A stretch of 64,000 nt of DNA from Gammaproteobacteria bacterium (GTDB lineage: Bacteria; Pseudomonadota; Gammaproteobacteria; UBA4575): the NCBI GenBank assembly GCA_965221955.1, contig CBDCTA010000018.1, forward strand, positions 128,001 to 192,000, given 5' to 3'. Shown piece by piece: positions 1 through 9,919 of the stretch (position 1 is the first letter of the stretch; each line of letters opens with the position of its first letter). Under the pieces are notes generated by a model, which was not told the origin of the DNA, made no database searches, and saw only the letters and a program-made list of their open reading frames with translations. A program made the translations under genes and the position numbers.

Positions 1-1181
1 TCTAATGTATCGCGCGCTACATCACGTGCTTCTTCACAGCCTTCTTTAATGATACTTTGTACAGTGGATTCATCTTCAAGATACTCATTGGCACGTTCAC
101 GAATGGGTTTGAGCTCTTGCTCAACAGCATCAATTACGGGTTGTTTACATTCAATACAACCAATCCCTGCAGTGGTACATCCTTCCTGCACCCAACTTCG
201 AGTATCTTCTGAAGAATATATCTCATGAAATTGCCATACTGGACATTTTTTAGGATCACCCGGATCAGTTCTTTTCACACGTGCCGGATCCGTTGGCATG
301 GTACGGATTTTTTTCTCGAGCGATTCTGACTCTTCACGCAATGAAATCGTATTGTTATAGGACTTGGACATTTTTTGCCCATCTAAACCCGGCATCTTAG
401 AAGCTTTGGTTAACAGTGCTTGGGGTTCTGGCAAAATTATTTTTCCTTCACCCTCTAAATAACCAAACAAGCGCTCTTTATCTCCAATTGAGATGTTTTG
501 CTGAGATTCCAATAAAGCTCGGGCCACTTCCAACGCTTCGGGGTCACCTTGTTCTTGAAAGCGCTTACGATGCTCGCGATATAACTTGGCATTTTTCTTA
601 CCCATTTTACTGATCGCAAGCTTGGCCTTTTCTTCAAAGTCAGATTCTTTTCCATAGATAAAATTAAATCGACGCGCCACTTCACGTGTCAGTTCTACAT
701 GCGCAACTTGATCTTCACCTACAGGAACATTTCCAGCTTTATAAGCCAATATATCTGCACTTTGTAATAGCGGATAACCCAAAAACCCATAAGTCGCTAA
801 ATCTTTTTCTTTGAGTTTTTCCTGCTGATCTTTATATGTAGGTACGCGCTCCAACCACCCTAACGGTGTAATCATAGAAAGCAGTAAATGCAACTCTGCA
901 TGTTCCGGAACATGGGATTGAATAAACAACGTTGCAGCACTCGGGCTCACCCCGGCAGACAACCAATCAATCACCATTTCGGTTACGCTTTGAGAAATAA
1001 TCTTCGTGTTGTCATATTCCGTTGTTAATGCATGCCAATCCGCAACAAAGAAAAAACATTCATGTGTGTGTTGCAACTCTAACCAGTTATGCAACACCCC
1101 ATGCAAGTGACCAAGATGTAATTTACCTGTAGGACGCATGCCTGATAGCACGCGATTATTCTGTGAAGGATTGGTATTCAT
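1..1181 (-). CDS. trpS: Tryptophanyl-tRNA synthetase (3' end runs off the window)
   Basis: Manual translation from ATG at 1181: MNTNPSQNNRVLSGMRPTGKLHLGH (HIGH-like), GYPLLQSADIL, VPVGEDQVAHVE, GLDGQKMSKS (KMSKS). Absent from the ORF track, probably because it is open at the window edge. Confidence 0.95.
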   Translation of the reverse strand, partial: MNTNPSQNNRVLSGMRPTGKLHLGHLHGVLHNWLELQHTHECFFFVADWHALTTEYDNTKIISQSVTEMVIDWLSAGVSPSAATLFIQSHVPEHAELHLLLSMITPLGWLERVPTYKDQQEKLKEKDLATYGFLGYPLLQSADILAYKAGNVPVGEDQVAHVELTREVARRFNFIYGKESDFEEKAKLAISKMGKKNAKLYREHRKRFQEQGDPEALEVARALLESQQNISIGDKERLFGYLEGEGKIILPEPQALLTKASKMPGLDGQKMSKSYNNTISLREESESLEKKIRTMPTDPARVKRTDPGDPKKCPVWQFHEIYSSEDTRSWVQEGCTTAGIGCIECKQPVIDAVEQELKPIRERANEYLEDESTVQSIIKEGCEEARDVARDTL

Positions 1182-1185
1182 TTGT

Positions 1186-1881
1186 TTATTTATTAGAACC
1201 TAGAATCATTTCAAGATGCGGCAAAAACTCAGCTGGCTGTATCCCTAATACAGACATTATCGTTAATAAGATCATTATTGAAGGTGTAAATACAAGCGCA
1301 TTGAGCAGCCCCGCGAAAAGCAAACCAAACATAATAAATAAACCATAGGGCTCAATCTTTGAAAGCATAATCGATACATTATCTGGTACGAGACCTGCGA
1401 GCACCCTACCTCCATCTAAAGGAGGAACCGGTAATAAATTTAAAACCATTAAAATTAAATTAATAAATATACCTGCCATACTCATGTAAACAAAAAATAT
1501 AGCGTATTGACTATTATTGTTTGCAGCATTTAAAAATGTTACTAAAACAATAGTCCAAAATATTGTCATAACTAAATTTGCTGCAGGCCCTGCTATAGCT
1601 ACCCACACCATATCTTTTTTAGGATTTTTCAGAAGATTAAAATTTACAGGCACAGGTTTAGCCCAACCAAACGCAAATCCTGTTGTAGCGATTAAAATTG
1701 CGGGCACAACAATAGTGCCAATCGGGTCAATATGCTTAATTGGATTTAAACTCAATCTACCAAGAGACTGCGCTGTCAAATCTCCAAACTGTTTTGCCAC
1801 CCAACCATGAGCAACTTCATGTAAGGTGATTGCAAAAAGTACAGGAATTGCCCAAATTGTAATTGCTTGAACGGTGCTCAT
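1186..1881 (-). CDS. Site-2 protease family (M50) membrane metalloprotease
   Basis: HEVAH (HExxH), AGPAAN and NLLPVPPLDGG motifs; multiple TM segments; usual position next to trpS. Confidence 0.9.
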   Translation of the reverse strand: MSTVQAITIWAIPVLFAITLHEVAHGWVAKQFGDLTAQSLGRLSLNPIKHIDPIGTIVVPAILIATTGFAFGWAKPVPVNFNLLKNPKKDMVWVAIAGPAANLVMTIFWTIVLVTFLNAANNNSQYAIFFVYMSMAGIFINLILMVLNLLPVPPLDGGRVLAGLVPDNVSIMLSKIEPYGLFIMFGLLFAGLLNALVFTPSIMILLTIMSVLGIQPAEFLPHLEMILGSNK

Positions 1882-1936
1882 TAATTGCGTCTATTATACG
1901 CAGCGTGTTATCGAAGTAATATGCTCGAAAGAGAAA

Positions 1937-2560
1937 TTATTCCTTTAACCAGCTAGCATCTCCTTTACCTTGACGCAAAATGGTTGGGCTTTTTTCAACA
2001 AAATCTATGACAGTAGTGGCCTCTATACCGCAATAACCTCCATCGATGACAAGATCAACTTGATTACCAAGCAACTCTCGCATTTCTTGCGGGTCAGACA
2101 AAGGCTCATTACGATTCGGCAAAATAAGTGTACTACTCATTAAAGGCTGACCTAATTCTTCGCATAAAGCCAATGGGATAGGATGATCTGGCACTCTTAA
2201 ACCAATTGTTTTTCGCTTCGGTGTTTGTAAACGTCTAGGTACTTCATGTGTAGCTTTTAACAAGAATGTATAAGGACCAGGCGTGCAGGTTTTCATTAAC
2301 CGATATGCACTATTATCCACGAGCGCATAATTCGATAGTTCTGATAAATCACGACACACTAGAGTAAAATGATGCTTATCGTCTACATTTCGAATTTTAC
2401 GAATCCGTTGCATGGCTTGCTTATCACCAATATGACAACCTAAGGCATAGCAGGAATCAGTGGGATAGACGATCAAACCACCCTGGTCAATGATATCGAC
2501 GGCACCACGGATCAAACGCTTCTGTGGAGTGACCGGATGAATAACAAAATACTGGCTCAT
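1937..2560 (-). CDS. yciO: Sua5/YciO/YrdC family protein
   Basis: YPTDSCYALGC, PGPYTFLL, TIGLRVP and LMSSTL motifs. Confidence 0.88.
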   Translation of the reverse strand: MSQYFVIHPVTPQKRLIRGAVDIIDQGGLIVYPTDSCYALGCHIGDKQAMQRIRKIRNVDDKHHFTLVCRDLSELSNYALVDNSAYRLMKTCTPGPYTFLLKATHEVPRRLQTPKRKTIGLRVPDHPIPLALCEELGQPLMSSTLILPNRNEPLSDPQEMRELLGNQVDLVIDGGYCGIEATTVIDFVEKSPTILRQGKGDASWLKE

Positions 2561-2676
2561 GTGAGTCTACTTGCTATTATAATGCGCGGAGCAGGTGAGG
2601 CACCCATCCTTACGCTGCTCCTTAATAATTATTGATATACTCAACATAACTCTACATTCACACTAATCTCGTTACC

Positions 2677-2976
2677 ATGTTATATGCTTTCATTAGTCAA
2701 GACGTAGCAAACAGTCTTGAAAAACGCCTTTCCGTTCGCGAACAACATATTGCACGCTTAAATGACTTAAAAAACCAGGGCCGTTTGATCATTGCAGGCC
2801 CGCACCCCGCCATTGATAGCCCTGATCCTGGTGATGCCGGCTTTACTGGCAGTTTAATCATTGCTGAATTTGATTCACTTGAAGACGCACAAGCATGGGC
2901 AGATGAGGACCCTTATATCGCAGCAGGTGTGTACGAAAATGTTATTGTGAAACCTTTTAAGCTCGTCCTACCCTAA
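2677..2976 (+). CDS. yciI: YciI family protein
   Basis: REQHIARL...[26 protein letters not shown]...DPY signature. Confidence 0.9.
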   Translation: MLYAFISQDVANSLEKRLSVREQHIARLNDLKNQGRLIIAGPHPAIDSPDPGDAGFTGSLIIAEFDSLEDAQAWADEDPYIAAGVYENVIVKPFKLVLP

Positions 2977-3024
2977 TACTCATCATTTTACTTTTTACCT
3001 TTTCAACTTTTTAAGGAAATATTC

Positions 3025-3885
3025 ATGTTTAAACAATCTTTAGCAGCCTTGCTGCTGGTTTTATTTAGCTTTGGTTTTGTCTATGGCTGCAAAGGAGAAC
3101 AGAAACCAGAAGCTTCTAATACCATAGCAACAGATGATAGTGGTGAATACGCAAAAGTAAATGATGTAGTCATTACCAATAACGACTTCCAAGCGTATGC
3201 TAAAGCAAAACGTGCATCTCAGCCTGAAGCCAATTTCACTGACAAAGCTATCACCGATGAATTAATCGCAACAGAAATTTTACGCCAAGAAGCGATTAAT
3301 GCAGACATAGACAAGCGCCCTGAAATCATCGAACAGATTAAGCGCCAAGAAAGCAATATTTTAATCAATGCCTTAATGACTGAAAAATTTGCTGACCTTA
3401 ACTTTACCGACGAAGATCTTAAAGCAGAATATGATCGCTTGTTAAGCTTATCAGATTTTAATGAATACAAAGCCAGACATATTCTTTTACAAACGGAAGA
3501 TGAAGCAAATGCTGTCATTGAAGAATTAAAAGCCGGCGCTAATTTTGAAGAACTCGCCAAAACTAAATCACAAGGCCCTTCCGCATCCAACGGCGGTGAT
3601 CTTGGGTGGTTCAAAGCAGAAACGATGGTTCCCACATTTGCAGAGGCTGTACGTGGTATGGAAAAAAGTGCTTACTCTGAGGCAGTGAACACACGCTTTG
3701 GCTGGCATGTAATTTTATTGGAAGACAAACGCACTACTGAACAACCTAAATTTGAAGATGTAAAACAAAATATGCAACAAAACTTAACCCGCCAAACAAT
3801 TGAAAAATATGTAGATGAGTTAGAAGCAAAGGCAACTATCACCCGTTCAGACGAACCAACAGAAACTGCAGCCGCAGATGGTTAA
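3025..3885 (+). CDS. PpiC/parvulin-type peptidyl-prolyl isomerase, probable lipoprotein (PrsA-like)
   Basis: ARHIL, FEELAK, GGDLGWF and FGWHVI parvulin motifs; signal peptide ending VYGC. Confidence 0.9.
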   Translation: MFKQSLAALLLVLFSFGFVYGCKGEQKPEASNTIATDDSGEYAKVNDVVITNNDFQAYAKAKRASQPEANFTDKAITDELIATEILRQEAINADIDKRPEIIEQIKRQESNILINALMTEKFADLNFTDEDLKAEYDRLLSLSDFNEYKARHILLQTEDEANAVIEELKAGANFEELAKTKSQGPSASNGGDLGWFKAETMVPTFAEAVRGMEKSAYSEAVNTRFGWHVILLEDKRTTEQPKFEDVKQNMQQNLTRQTIEKYVDELEAKATITRSDEPTETAAADG

Positions 3886-3904
3886 TTTGTAATTTATAAA
3901 TTAT

Positions 3905-3932
3905 AAAAAAGGCAGCTGAGGCTGCTTTTTTT
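3905..3932 (+). terminator. Rho-independent terminator
   Basis: AAAAAAGGCAGC-TGAG-GCTGCTTTTTTT hairpin plus T tract just after the PPIase stop. Confidence 0.85.
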
Positions 3933-4128
3933 ATGCCCGCTCTCGGCTAATGGCAGTCATTCTCATGTAGTAAAATAAACAATTAATTCTAAGTCGAATA
4001 AACTTAACTCTCCGCTTAACGGCTTATATGGCCGATAAACTCTACTCAATCACACTTAACCAATAGTGAATAGAAATTGTAATATATCGTCAATACTAGT
4101 TTACATGTTAATTACAGTGAAACAATCT

Positions 4129-4807
4129 ATGAAACTAAATTTCAAATCATTTTTTATATTAATATTCCTACTATTAGCTTCAACTAACCTGTATGCAAAA
4201 GACAAATATAAGGAAACAATAACGGTATTCAAAAATGCAGGCGAGAGTGGTGAATTTTTCAATAAAAGTTATGGCTATGCAGTATTCCCAACTATTGGTA
4301 AAGGAGGTATCGGTATTGGTGGGGCATATGGGAAAGGACAAGTTTATGAAAATAATAATCATGTAGGAAATTCACAAATGGCTCAACTGACAATAGGTTT
4401 ACAGCTTGGAGGGCAAGCCTACAGCCAAATTATATTTCTTGAAGACAAACGCGCATTTGATGAATTTACAAACGGTAATTTTGAGTTTAGTGCCGAAGCA
4501 AGTGCAGTGGCAATCACAGCAGGCGCCTCAGCATCTGCTACAACTACTGGATTGCTTGATTGCTGATTGCAGAATGGATGCAACTTTACTTGGAGAAACG
4601 CATTTTAAGCGGTCATAAAATACTTGCTCATACAATCCAGGTATTTGATAGATTTCATCATAGTCATGAAATCGTATCTTGCGTTGGCCAGAGCCGTTTT
4701 GGTAGTAAAAGTAGGCTTCGTCTTGATTGAGTTGGTGTGCTTCAGGTTGAGGATTGATGTACGAGGCAAGTATTGGAGGCCAAAAATTTAACTACGTTCC
4801 TAAATAA
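4129..4807 (+). pseudogene. YSC84/SYLF-like lipid-binding protein gene interrupted by a foreign ~200 bp segment
   Basis: N-terminal part MKLNF...AVFPTIGKGGIGIGGAYGKG...GLQLGGQAYSQIIF...ASATTTG stops at 4566. The family C-terminus GLMYEASIGGQKFNYVPK* reappears at 4751-4807. Confidence 0.8.
4549..4755 (-). pseudogene. Inverted fragment of a probable class I SAM-dependent methyltransferase N-terminus
   Basis: Minus strand reads open: PQPEAHQLNQDEAYFYYQNGSGQRKIRFHDYDEIYQIPGLYEQVFYDRLKCVSPSKVASILQSAIKQS, with no proper start or stop. Family assignment is from memory of the RFHDYDEIYxxPGLYEQ motif. Confidence 0.6.
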
Positions 4808-4997
4808 AATATACCCTCTTATGTCCGCTTTGGGTCGTAAGCAATCATTTTGCTTTTTTAAGAATTCTTAACCTGTTCATCTTTACAGCCAACTTAACTT
4901 TAATCTGACATTGCATCTCGCCAGAAATTGCATCCTGTATTTCTAGCACTTCCTACGTCCATGTAGGTCGTCCTACTCTATACCTTAATTCATTTAA

Positions 4998-5624
4998 TTA
5001 ATCTCTAATGTGTTCCATAAATTCTGAGCGTGAACGCGAATCATCACGGAACGCACCAAGCATAGAACTAGTAACCGTTTTACTATTTTGTTTTTGTACG
5101 CCACGCATCACCATACAAAAGTGGCTTGCTTCAAGCACTACCGCAACACCATGTGCGTTTAAAACATCCAAAAGACCTTTTGCAATTTGTGTAGTGAGGC
5201 GTTCTTGAACTTGCAAACGTCGCGCAAATACATCTACTACGCGTGCAATTTTACTTAAACCAATCACTTTGTTTTTTGGCAAATAGCCTACATGTGCGCG
5301 ACCAAAAAATGGCAGCATGTGATGTTCGCATAATGAATAGAACTCAACATCTTTAACAATCACCATTTCTTCACATTGCTCTTCAAACAAGGCTTCACGC
5401 ACTACATCTTCGACACCCAGTTGATAACCACCGGTTAAAAAATGCATCGCTTTAGAAACACGTTTTGGGGTATCTAATAAGCCTTCACGATCCGGATCTT
5501 CTCCTATCAATTCCAACATTTTTCGAACGTGGCCTTCCAGCTCGGCATCTCGATCTTTATCGTGAATGACCGTATCCTCTAAATATCGACCACCTGCGAG
5601 TACCTCAAGTGCTTTTCTATCCAT
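4998..5624 (-). CDS. folE: GTP cyclohydrolase I
   Basis: [33 protein letters not shown] and HFCMVMRG motifs. Confidence 0.95.
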   Translation of the reverse strand: MDRKALEVLAGGRYLEDTVIHDKDRDAELEGHVRKMLELIGEDPDREGLLDTPKRVSKAMHFLTGGYQLGVEDVVREALFEEQCEEMVIVKDVEFYSLCEHHMLPFFGRAHVGYLPKNKVIGLSKIARVVDVFARRLQVQERLTTQIAKGLLDVLNAHGVAVVLEASHFCMVMRGVQKQNSKTVTSSMLGAFRDDSRSRSEFMEHIRD

Positions 5625-5875
5625 TGTTTATTCCTTACAACCGAAGATTTGATTGAATAATTTATACCAACTCATAATACCAGTTTATTAGCTACTAGTT
5701 AAAACAGAGTCTGATTGAAAACAAGCGAAAATTTAATAGTTTTACGCGCAATCTTTATTGACCTTAATTTAAGCTAGGCTGAAAATACTGCTTTGGCGCA
5801 ATTAGCCCAAAGACCCTCATAACTATAATGATAACAATCCATTCCTGCGTAAGATAATTAATGAGAGGAAACACG

Positions 5876-6013
5876 ATGGATAATGCAATACCTACTGACT
5901 CTGTTCTACGACGTCACTACGAAGCCACACATCCAAGCTCAACTCAAGGTAAATCGTCATCACAACAAAGTGGTGGATTTATGTATTGGCTTAAAAAAAT
6001 ATTTGGCGGTTAA
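5876..6013 (+). CDS. Small hypothetical protein (45 aa, not in ORF track)
   Basis: RBS GAGAGGA, ATG at 5876: MDNAIPTDSVLRRHYEATHPSSTQGKSSSQQSGGFMYWLKKIFGG*; TATAAT at ~5824 upstream. Confidence 0.7.
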   Translation: MDNAIPTDSVLRRHYEATHPSSTQGKSSSQQSGGFMYWLKKIFGG

Positions 6014-6019
6014 TAAAGC

Positions 6020-6823
6020 CTAATCATTGTAGCCTTGCGCATATTGCAGCAAGGCATAAGTAAAACGACCATCGCCGGTGATATAAGTATCCGGTGTTGC
6101 GTGTCTTAATGTTGCTTGAATTCTCACTCCCTTTTTCATAGGTGTAATGGAATGCAATTCAGAAAATTTAGTTTCTGTTATCGCGTTATCGTTTAGGTAG
6201 TAAAGGCCATAATTAGTCACGATTAACTGCCCAGATGTTTCGACTTTGACGTCTAACGCTTTGTAGCGCGATTTCATAAACAAATTATCGAGTAAAGAAT
6301 TTAATATTGTCCACTCCTTTTGCTGAGAATATTGTTGTTGTTCTGATTTATCTGTTTCTTCAAATTGCCAAATAATACATTCACCGTCGTCCAGCTCGAT
6401 GAGATCAGATTCAAATTTTGTCTGTATTTCAATTTGCTGATTTTTTTGCAACGCATCTAAATATTCAAGGTTTTCTAAACGCGACCATAAATAGGATTCT
6501 GTTTCAGCTTTAGTAATATTAAGTTCGTTCGCAAGATGAATGAGTTTTTTTGCAGAGGCAACATCCGGTGACGCTTTTTTCACAACAAGCTTGGCATATT
6601 CACACCATGCTTTTATACATATTTGTTTAAAATGGAATTCAGAAAATGCTTCTGATGATTTGCACGAAAGTATTTCTTCAGTTGAAACGTGAGCTTCACT
6701 TGATAGATATTCGGAGATTTTAGTTTTTAGACGCTGTTGCGTGTCTCGATAGACAGGCAAACAAACTTTATGTAAGGAATAAAAAGGCCCAGCAGATTTG
6801 TTACAGACTATGCACTTACCCAC
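6020..6823 (-). CDS. Hypothetical protein with N-terminal CxxC...HxxC motif
   Basis: 267 aa ORF directly downstream of mlaA; MGKCIVC...LHKVC. Confidence 0.7.
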   Translation of the reverse strand: MGKCIVCNKSAGPFYSLHKVCLPVYRDTQQRLKTKISEYLSSEAHVSTEEILSCKSSEAFSEFHFKQICIKAWCEYAKLVVKKASPDVASAKKLIHLANELNITKAETESYLWSRLENLEYLDALQKNQQIEIQTKFESDLIELDDGECIIWQFEETDKSEQQQYSQQKEWTILNSLLDNLFMKSRYKALDVKVETSGQLIVTNYGLYYLNDNAITETKFSELHSITPMKKGVRIQATLRHATPDTYITGDGRFTYALLQYAQGYND

Positions 6824-6838
6824 AATGCATCATTAATT

Positions 6839-7567
6839 TTATTCGTCTTCAAGCTCGTCATAGAGTTCATCATCAGTCGCAATCTCACCATCATTAACCA
6901 AAAATTCACGACGATCTAAGTATGCATCACGTATAAATACATAACGATCACGACTTAATTCTTCAGCTTTTTCTTCCAACTTCATCAATTCAGCTCGAGT
7001 ACTCACAAGATTCATGGCAAATAAGCCATTGCGCTCAGAAGTTTTGATATCAGCCCAACTAGGTGGATAAATAACGGTATCCACTACTTTGCCTGGGCCA
7101 TCACGAAGATTACTTGGACCAAAGAGTGGCAACACTATGTAAGGTCCTGTTCCCATACCCCAATAACCCAAGGTCTGGCCAAAATCTTCTTCATGTTTTT
7201 CTAAACCCATTCGGCTCGCAACATCCATAAACCCTAATAAACCGATTGTGGAGTTCACAATGATACGACCGATATCCGATGCAGCATCCAAAAACTTAAA
7301 TTGCAGCGTGTTATTAAATGCAACACCAACATCGCCTAAATTAGAAAAGAAATTACTCACACCTTGTTCAGCAATATCTGGCGTAACTGCGCGATAACTT
7401 GATGCAGCAGGAACTAGAAACGCACGATCTAAAGCATCATTAAAACTATATACTTTGCGATTGAAGCCTTGCCAAGGATCTCTTTCGTCAGCAGTGTATT
7501 CGGGTGAAGTGGCACACGCACTTCCAAGCAAAGCAATAATTAGTATATAAGCAAGATTTTTAGCCAT
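6839..7567 (-). CDS. mlaA: MlaA/VacJ phospholipid-asymmetry lipoprotein
   Basis: Lipobox GSAC; DPWQGFNR, EDFGQTLGYWG and GPYIVLPLFGPS motifs. Confidence 0.93.
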   Translation of the reverse strand: MAKNLAYILIIALLGSACATSPEYTADERDPWQGFNRKVYSFNDALDRAFLVPAASSYRAVTPDIAEQGVSNFFSNLGDVGVAFNNTLQFKFLDAASDIGRIIVNSTIGLLGFMDVASRMGLEKHEEDFGQTLGYWGMGTGPYIVLPLFGPSNLRDGPGKVVDTVIYPPSWADIKTSERNGLFAMNLVSTRAELMKLEEKAEELSRDRYVFIRDAYLDRREFLVNDGEIATDDELYDELEDE

Positions 7568-7609
7568 GATGATTTCGTAAGATATTAGTAGTTGTTGTTT
7601 TAAATTGAT

Positions 7610-8830
7610 TTAGCCGCGATGTCTAGAAGATTTTGCCGCGATGCGCATTCGCAATGCATTGAGCTTGATAAAACCCTCCGCATCTTGTTGATTATAAGCA
7701 CCCTCATCATCTTCAAAGGTGGCAATATTAGCATCAAATAAGCTATGTTCAGTTGATTTGCGTCCCACGACCATAACATTCCCTTTATACAATTTGATTC
7801 TCACCGTACCTGTCACATTAATCTGCGTAGCGTCAATGCATTGTTGCATCATTAAACGCTCAGGGCTCCACCAGTAGCCATTGTAAATCAAATTAGCATA
7901 ACGCGGCATGAGTTCATCTTTTAAGTGCGCAACTTCCCTATCCATAGTCAGTGATTCCATGGCACGATGCGCTTTCAATAAGATTGTGCCACCTGGTGTT
8001 TCATAACATCCGCGTGATTTCATGCCTACATAACGATTTTCGACAATATCTTGTCGTCCCACACCATGTTCGCATGCAATATTATTCAGATAGGTTAATA
8101 ATTGCGCAGGTGTTTGCGATTCACCATTAATGCTGACTGCATCACCACATTCAAAACCTATTTCAAGATACGCAGGATCATTTGGCGCTTCTTCTGGTGA
8201 ACAGCTTAACTTCCACATCTCTTCTTCAGGTTCATTCCATGGATCTTCTAGTGGCCCGCCTTCATAAGAAATATGTAGCAAATTGGCATCCATTGAATAC
8301 GGGGATTTCTTACCTCGTTTTTGTTCCACTGCAATACCGTGTTTCTCAGCATAGCTTAATAGCTTTTCTCGAGAGTTAAGGTCCCATTCTCTCCATGGAG
8401 CTATAATTTTAATATCAGGATTTAACGCATAAGCACCCAGTTCAAAACGCACTTGATCATTCCCCTTACCCGTTGCACCATGCGACACGGCATCAGCACC
8501 AGTCTCTGCTGCAATCTCTACTAAACGTTTAGCTATGAGTGGGCGCGCAATTGAGGTACCTAATAAGTATTCACCTTCATACACTGTGTTGGCACGAAAC
8601 ATTGGAAATACATACTCTCTCACAAATTCTTCGGTAAGATCTTCGATGTAAATTTCTTTAATTCCCAACGCTTGGGCTTTAGCACGTGCGGGCTCCACTT
8701 CCTCTCCTTGCCCAATATTTGCTGTGAAAGTCACAACTTCACAGTTATAAACTTCTTGCAGCCATTTGAGAATCACAGAAGTATCTAAACCACCCGAATA
8801 GGCGAGTACAACTTTTCGAACTGATGACAT
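7610..8830 (-). CDS. argG: Argininosuccinate synthase
   Basis: [22 protein letters not shown] and [10 protein letters not shown] motifs. Confidence 0.97.
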   Translation of the reverse strand: MSSVRKVVLAYSGGLDTSVILKWLQEVYNCEVVTFTANIGQGEEVEPARAKAQALGIKEIYIEDLTEEFVREYVFPMFRANTVYEGEYLLGTSIARPLIAKRLVEIAAETGADAVSHGATGKGNDQVRFELGAYALNPDIKIIAPWREWDLNSREKLLSYAEKHGIAVEQKRGKKSPYSMDANLLHISYEGGPLEDPWNEPEEEMWKLSCSPEEAPNDPAYLEIGFECGDAVSINGESQTPAQLLTYLNNIACEHGVGRQDIVENRYVGMKSRGCYETPGGTILLKAHRAMESLTMDREVAHLKDELMPRYANLIYNGYWWSPERLMMQQCIDATQINVTGTVRIKLYKGNVMVVGRKSTEHSLFDANIATFEDDEGAYNQQDAEGFIKLNALRMRIAAKSSRHRG

Positions 8831-8913
8831 AGTATGTATTGAACTGAATATTAGTTATTTAATCGAGAATTATAACTTGAATGCACACATTAGCTAGCAA
8901 AAGAAAATTCTAA

Positions 8914-9543
8914 GTGAGCGAAGAAGCACAAGAATTCATCCCTTTCGCTAATCATTTACGCGGCTTTTGCCCAGTGGTGATCGATGTCGAGACAGGAGGC
9001 TTCAATTCTGAAACTGATGCGCTTTTAGAAATTGCTGCTGTATTAATCAGCATAAACCAAGATGGCGAGCTATACAGAAAAGAAACCATCTCTACCCACG
9101 TTAAACCATTTGAAGGCGCGAACCTTGAACAAGCCTCTTTAGAAGTAAATGGGATTGATCCATTTCATCCGCTACGCATTGCCTTAGATGAAAAACAAGC
9201 TCTACCTGAAATTTTTAAGCCTGTTCGTAAACATGTAAAAGAGAATAAATGCACACGCGCAATTCTCGTTGGCCACAATGCATTTTTTGATCTCGGATTT
9301 CTTAATGCCGCCGCCGCACGCAATAATATTAAAAACAGTCCTTTTCATCCATTTAGCTGTTTAGATACCGTCACACTTGGCGCCTTAGCCTATGGCCAAA
9401 CAGTGCTATCCAGAATTGCACAAGCTGCAGAAATTGAGTGGGACAATAACAACGCTCACTCTGCTATTTATGATGCAGAGAAAACCGCAGATGTATTTTG
9501 TAAGGTAATGAACTTATGGAAAAAACTAAAAGCTTCTGAGTAA
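8914..9543 (+). CDS. rnt: Ribonuclease T
   Basis: DEDDh motifs: VIDVETGG, LVGHNAFFD, HPFSCLDT, AHSAIYD. Confidence 0.93.
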   Translation: MSEEAQEFIPFANHLRGFCPVVIDVETGGFNSETDALLEIAAVLISINQDGELYRKETISTHVKPFEGANLEQASLEVNGIDPFHPLRIALDEKQALPEIFKPVRKHVKENKCTRAILVGHNAFFDLGFLNAAAARNNIKNSPFHPFSCLDTVTLGALAYGQTVLSRIAQAAEIEWDNNNAHSAIYDAEKTADVFCKVMNLWKKLKASE

Positions 9544-9550
9544 CCCATTA

Positions 9551-9865
9551 CTAACCAATCGCTTCATCTACCATTTTTTGTAATTCACCTTTCTCATGCA
9601 GGTCGAGCGTGATATCACAGCCACCTATAAGCTCACCTTTAATATAAAGCTGAGGAAAGGTAGGCCAGTCAGCATATCGAGGTAGATTTTCAAAAATTTC
9701 TGGGTCCATCAATACATTTACATAGGCAAATTCTTTTCCACACGACTTCAATGCTTCAGCCGTACGACTTGAAAATCCACACTGCGGCATTTGTGGTGTG
9801 CCCTTCATGTATAGAATGACGGAATTTGATTCAACTTGCTCTTTAATTCGATCCAATACATCCAT
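9551..9865 (-). CDS. grxD: Monothiol glutaredoxin Grx4
   Basis: MKGTPQMPQCGFS, WPTFPQLY and GGCDI; likely start MDVLDRI at 9865. Confidence 0.93.
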   Translation of the reverse strand: MDVLDRIKEQVESNSVILYMKGTPQMPQCGFSSRTAEALKSCGKEFAYVNVLMDPEIFENLPRYADWPTFPQLYIKGELIGGCDITLDLHEKGELQKMVDEAIG

Positions 9866-9919
9866 TTTCAAAGCTCCAAAATAACTCAATAATTTATGCA
9901 ATATTTTACTGCGCTACCA

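Noticed and set aside
416-1810. Short ORFs 416-613, 455-685, 1163-1348 and 1517-1810
   Set aside because: They are antisense or alternate-frame shadows of trpS and the site-2 protease. The same applies to the other short ORFs nested inside long genes throughout the track.
4820-4975. ATGTCCGCTTTGGGTCG and CTTCCTACGTCCATGTAGG elements as possible attC/REP-like sites
   Set aside because: They are single, incomplete palindromes, with no integrase, cassette array or second copy seen in the window.
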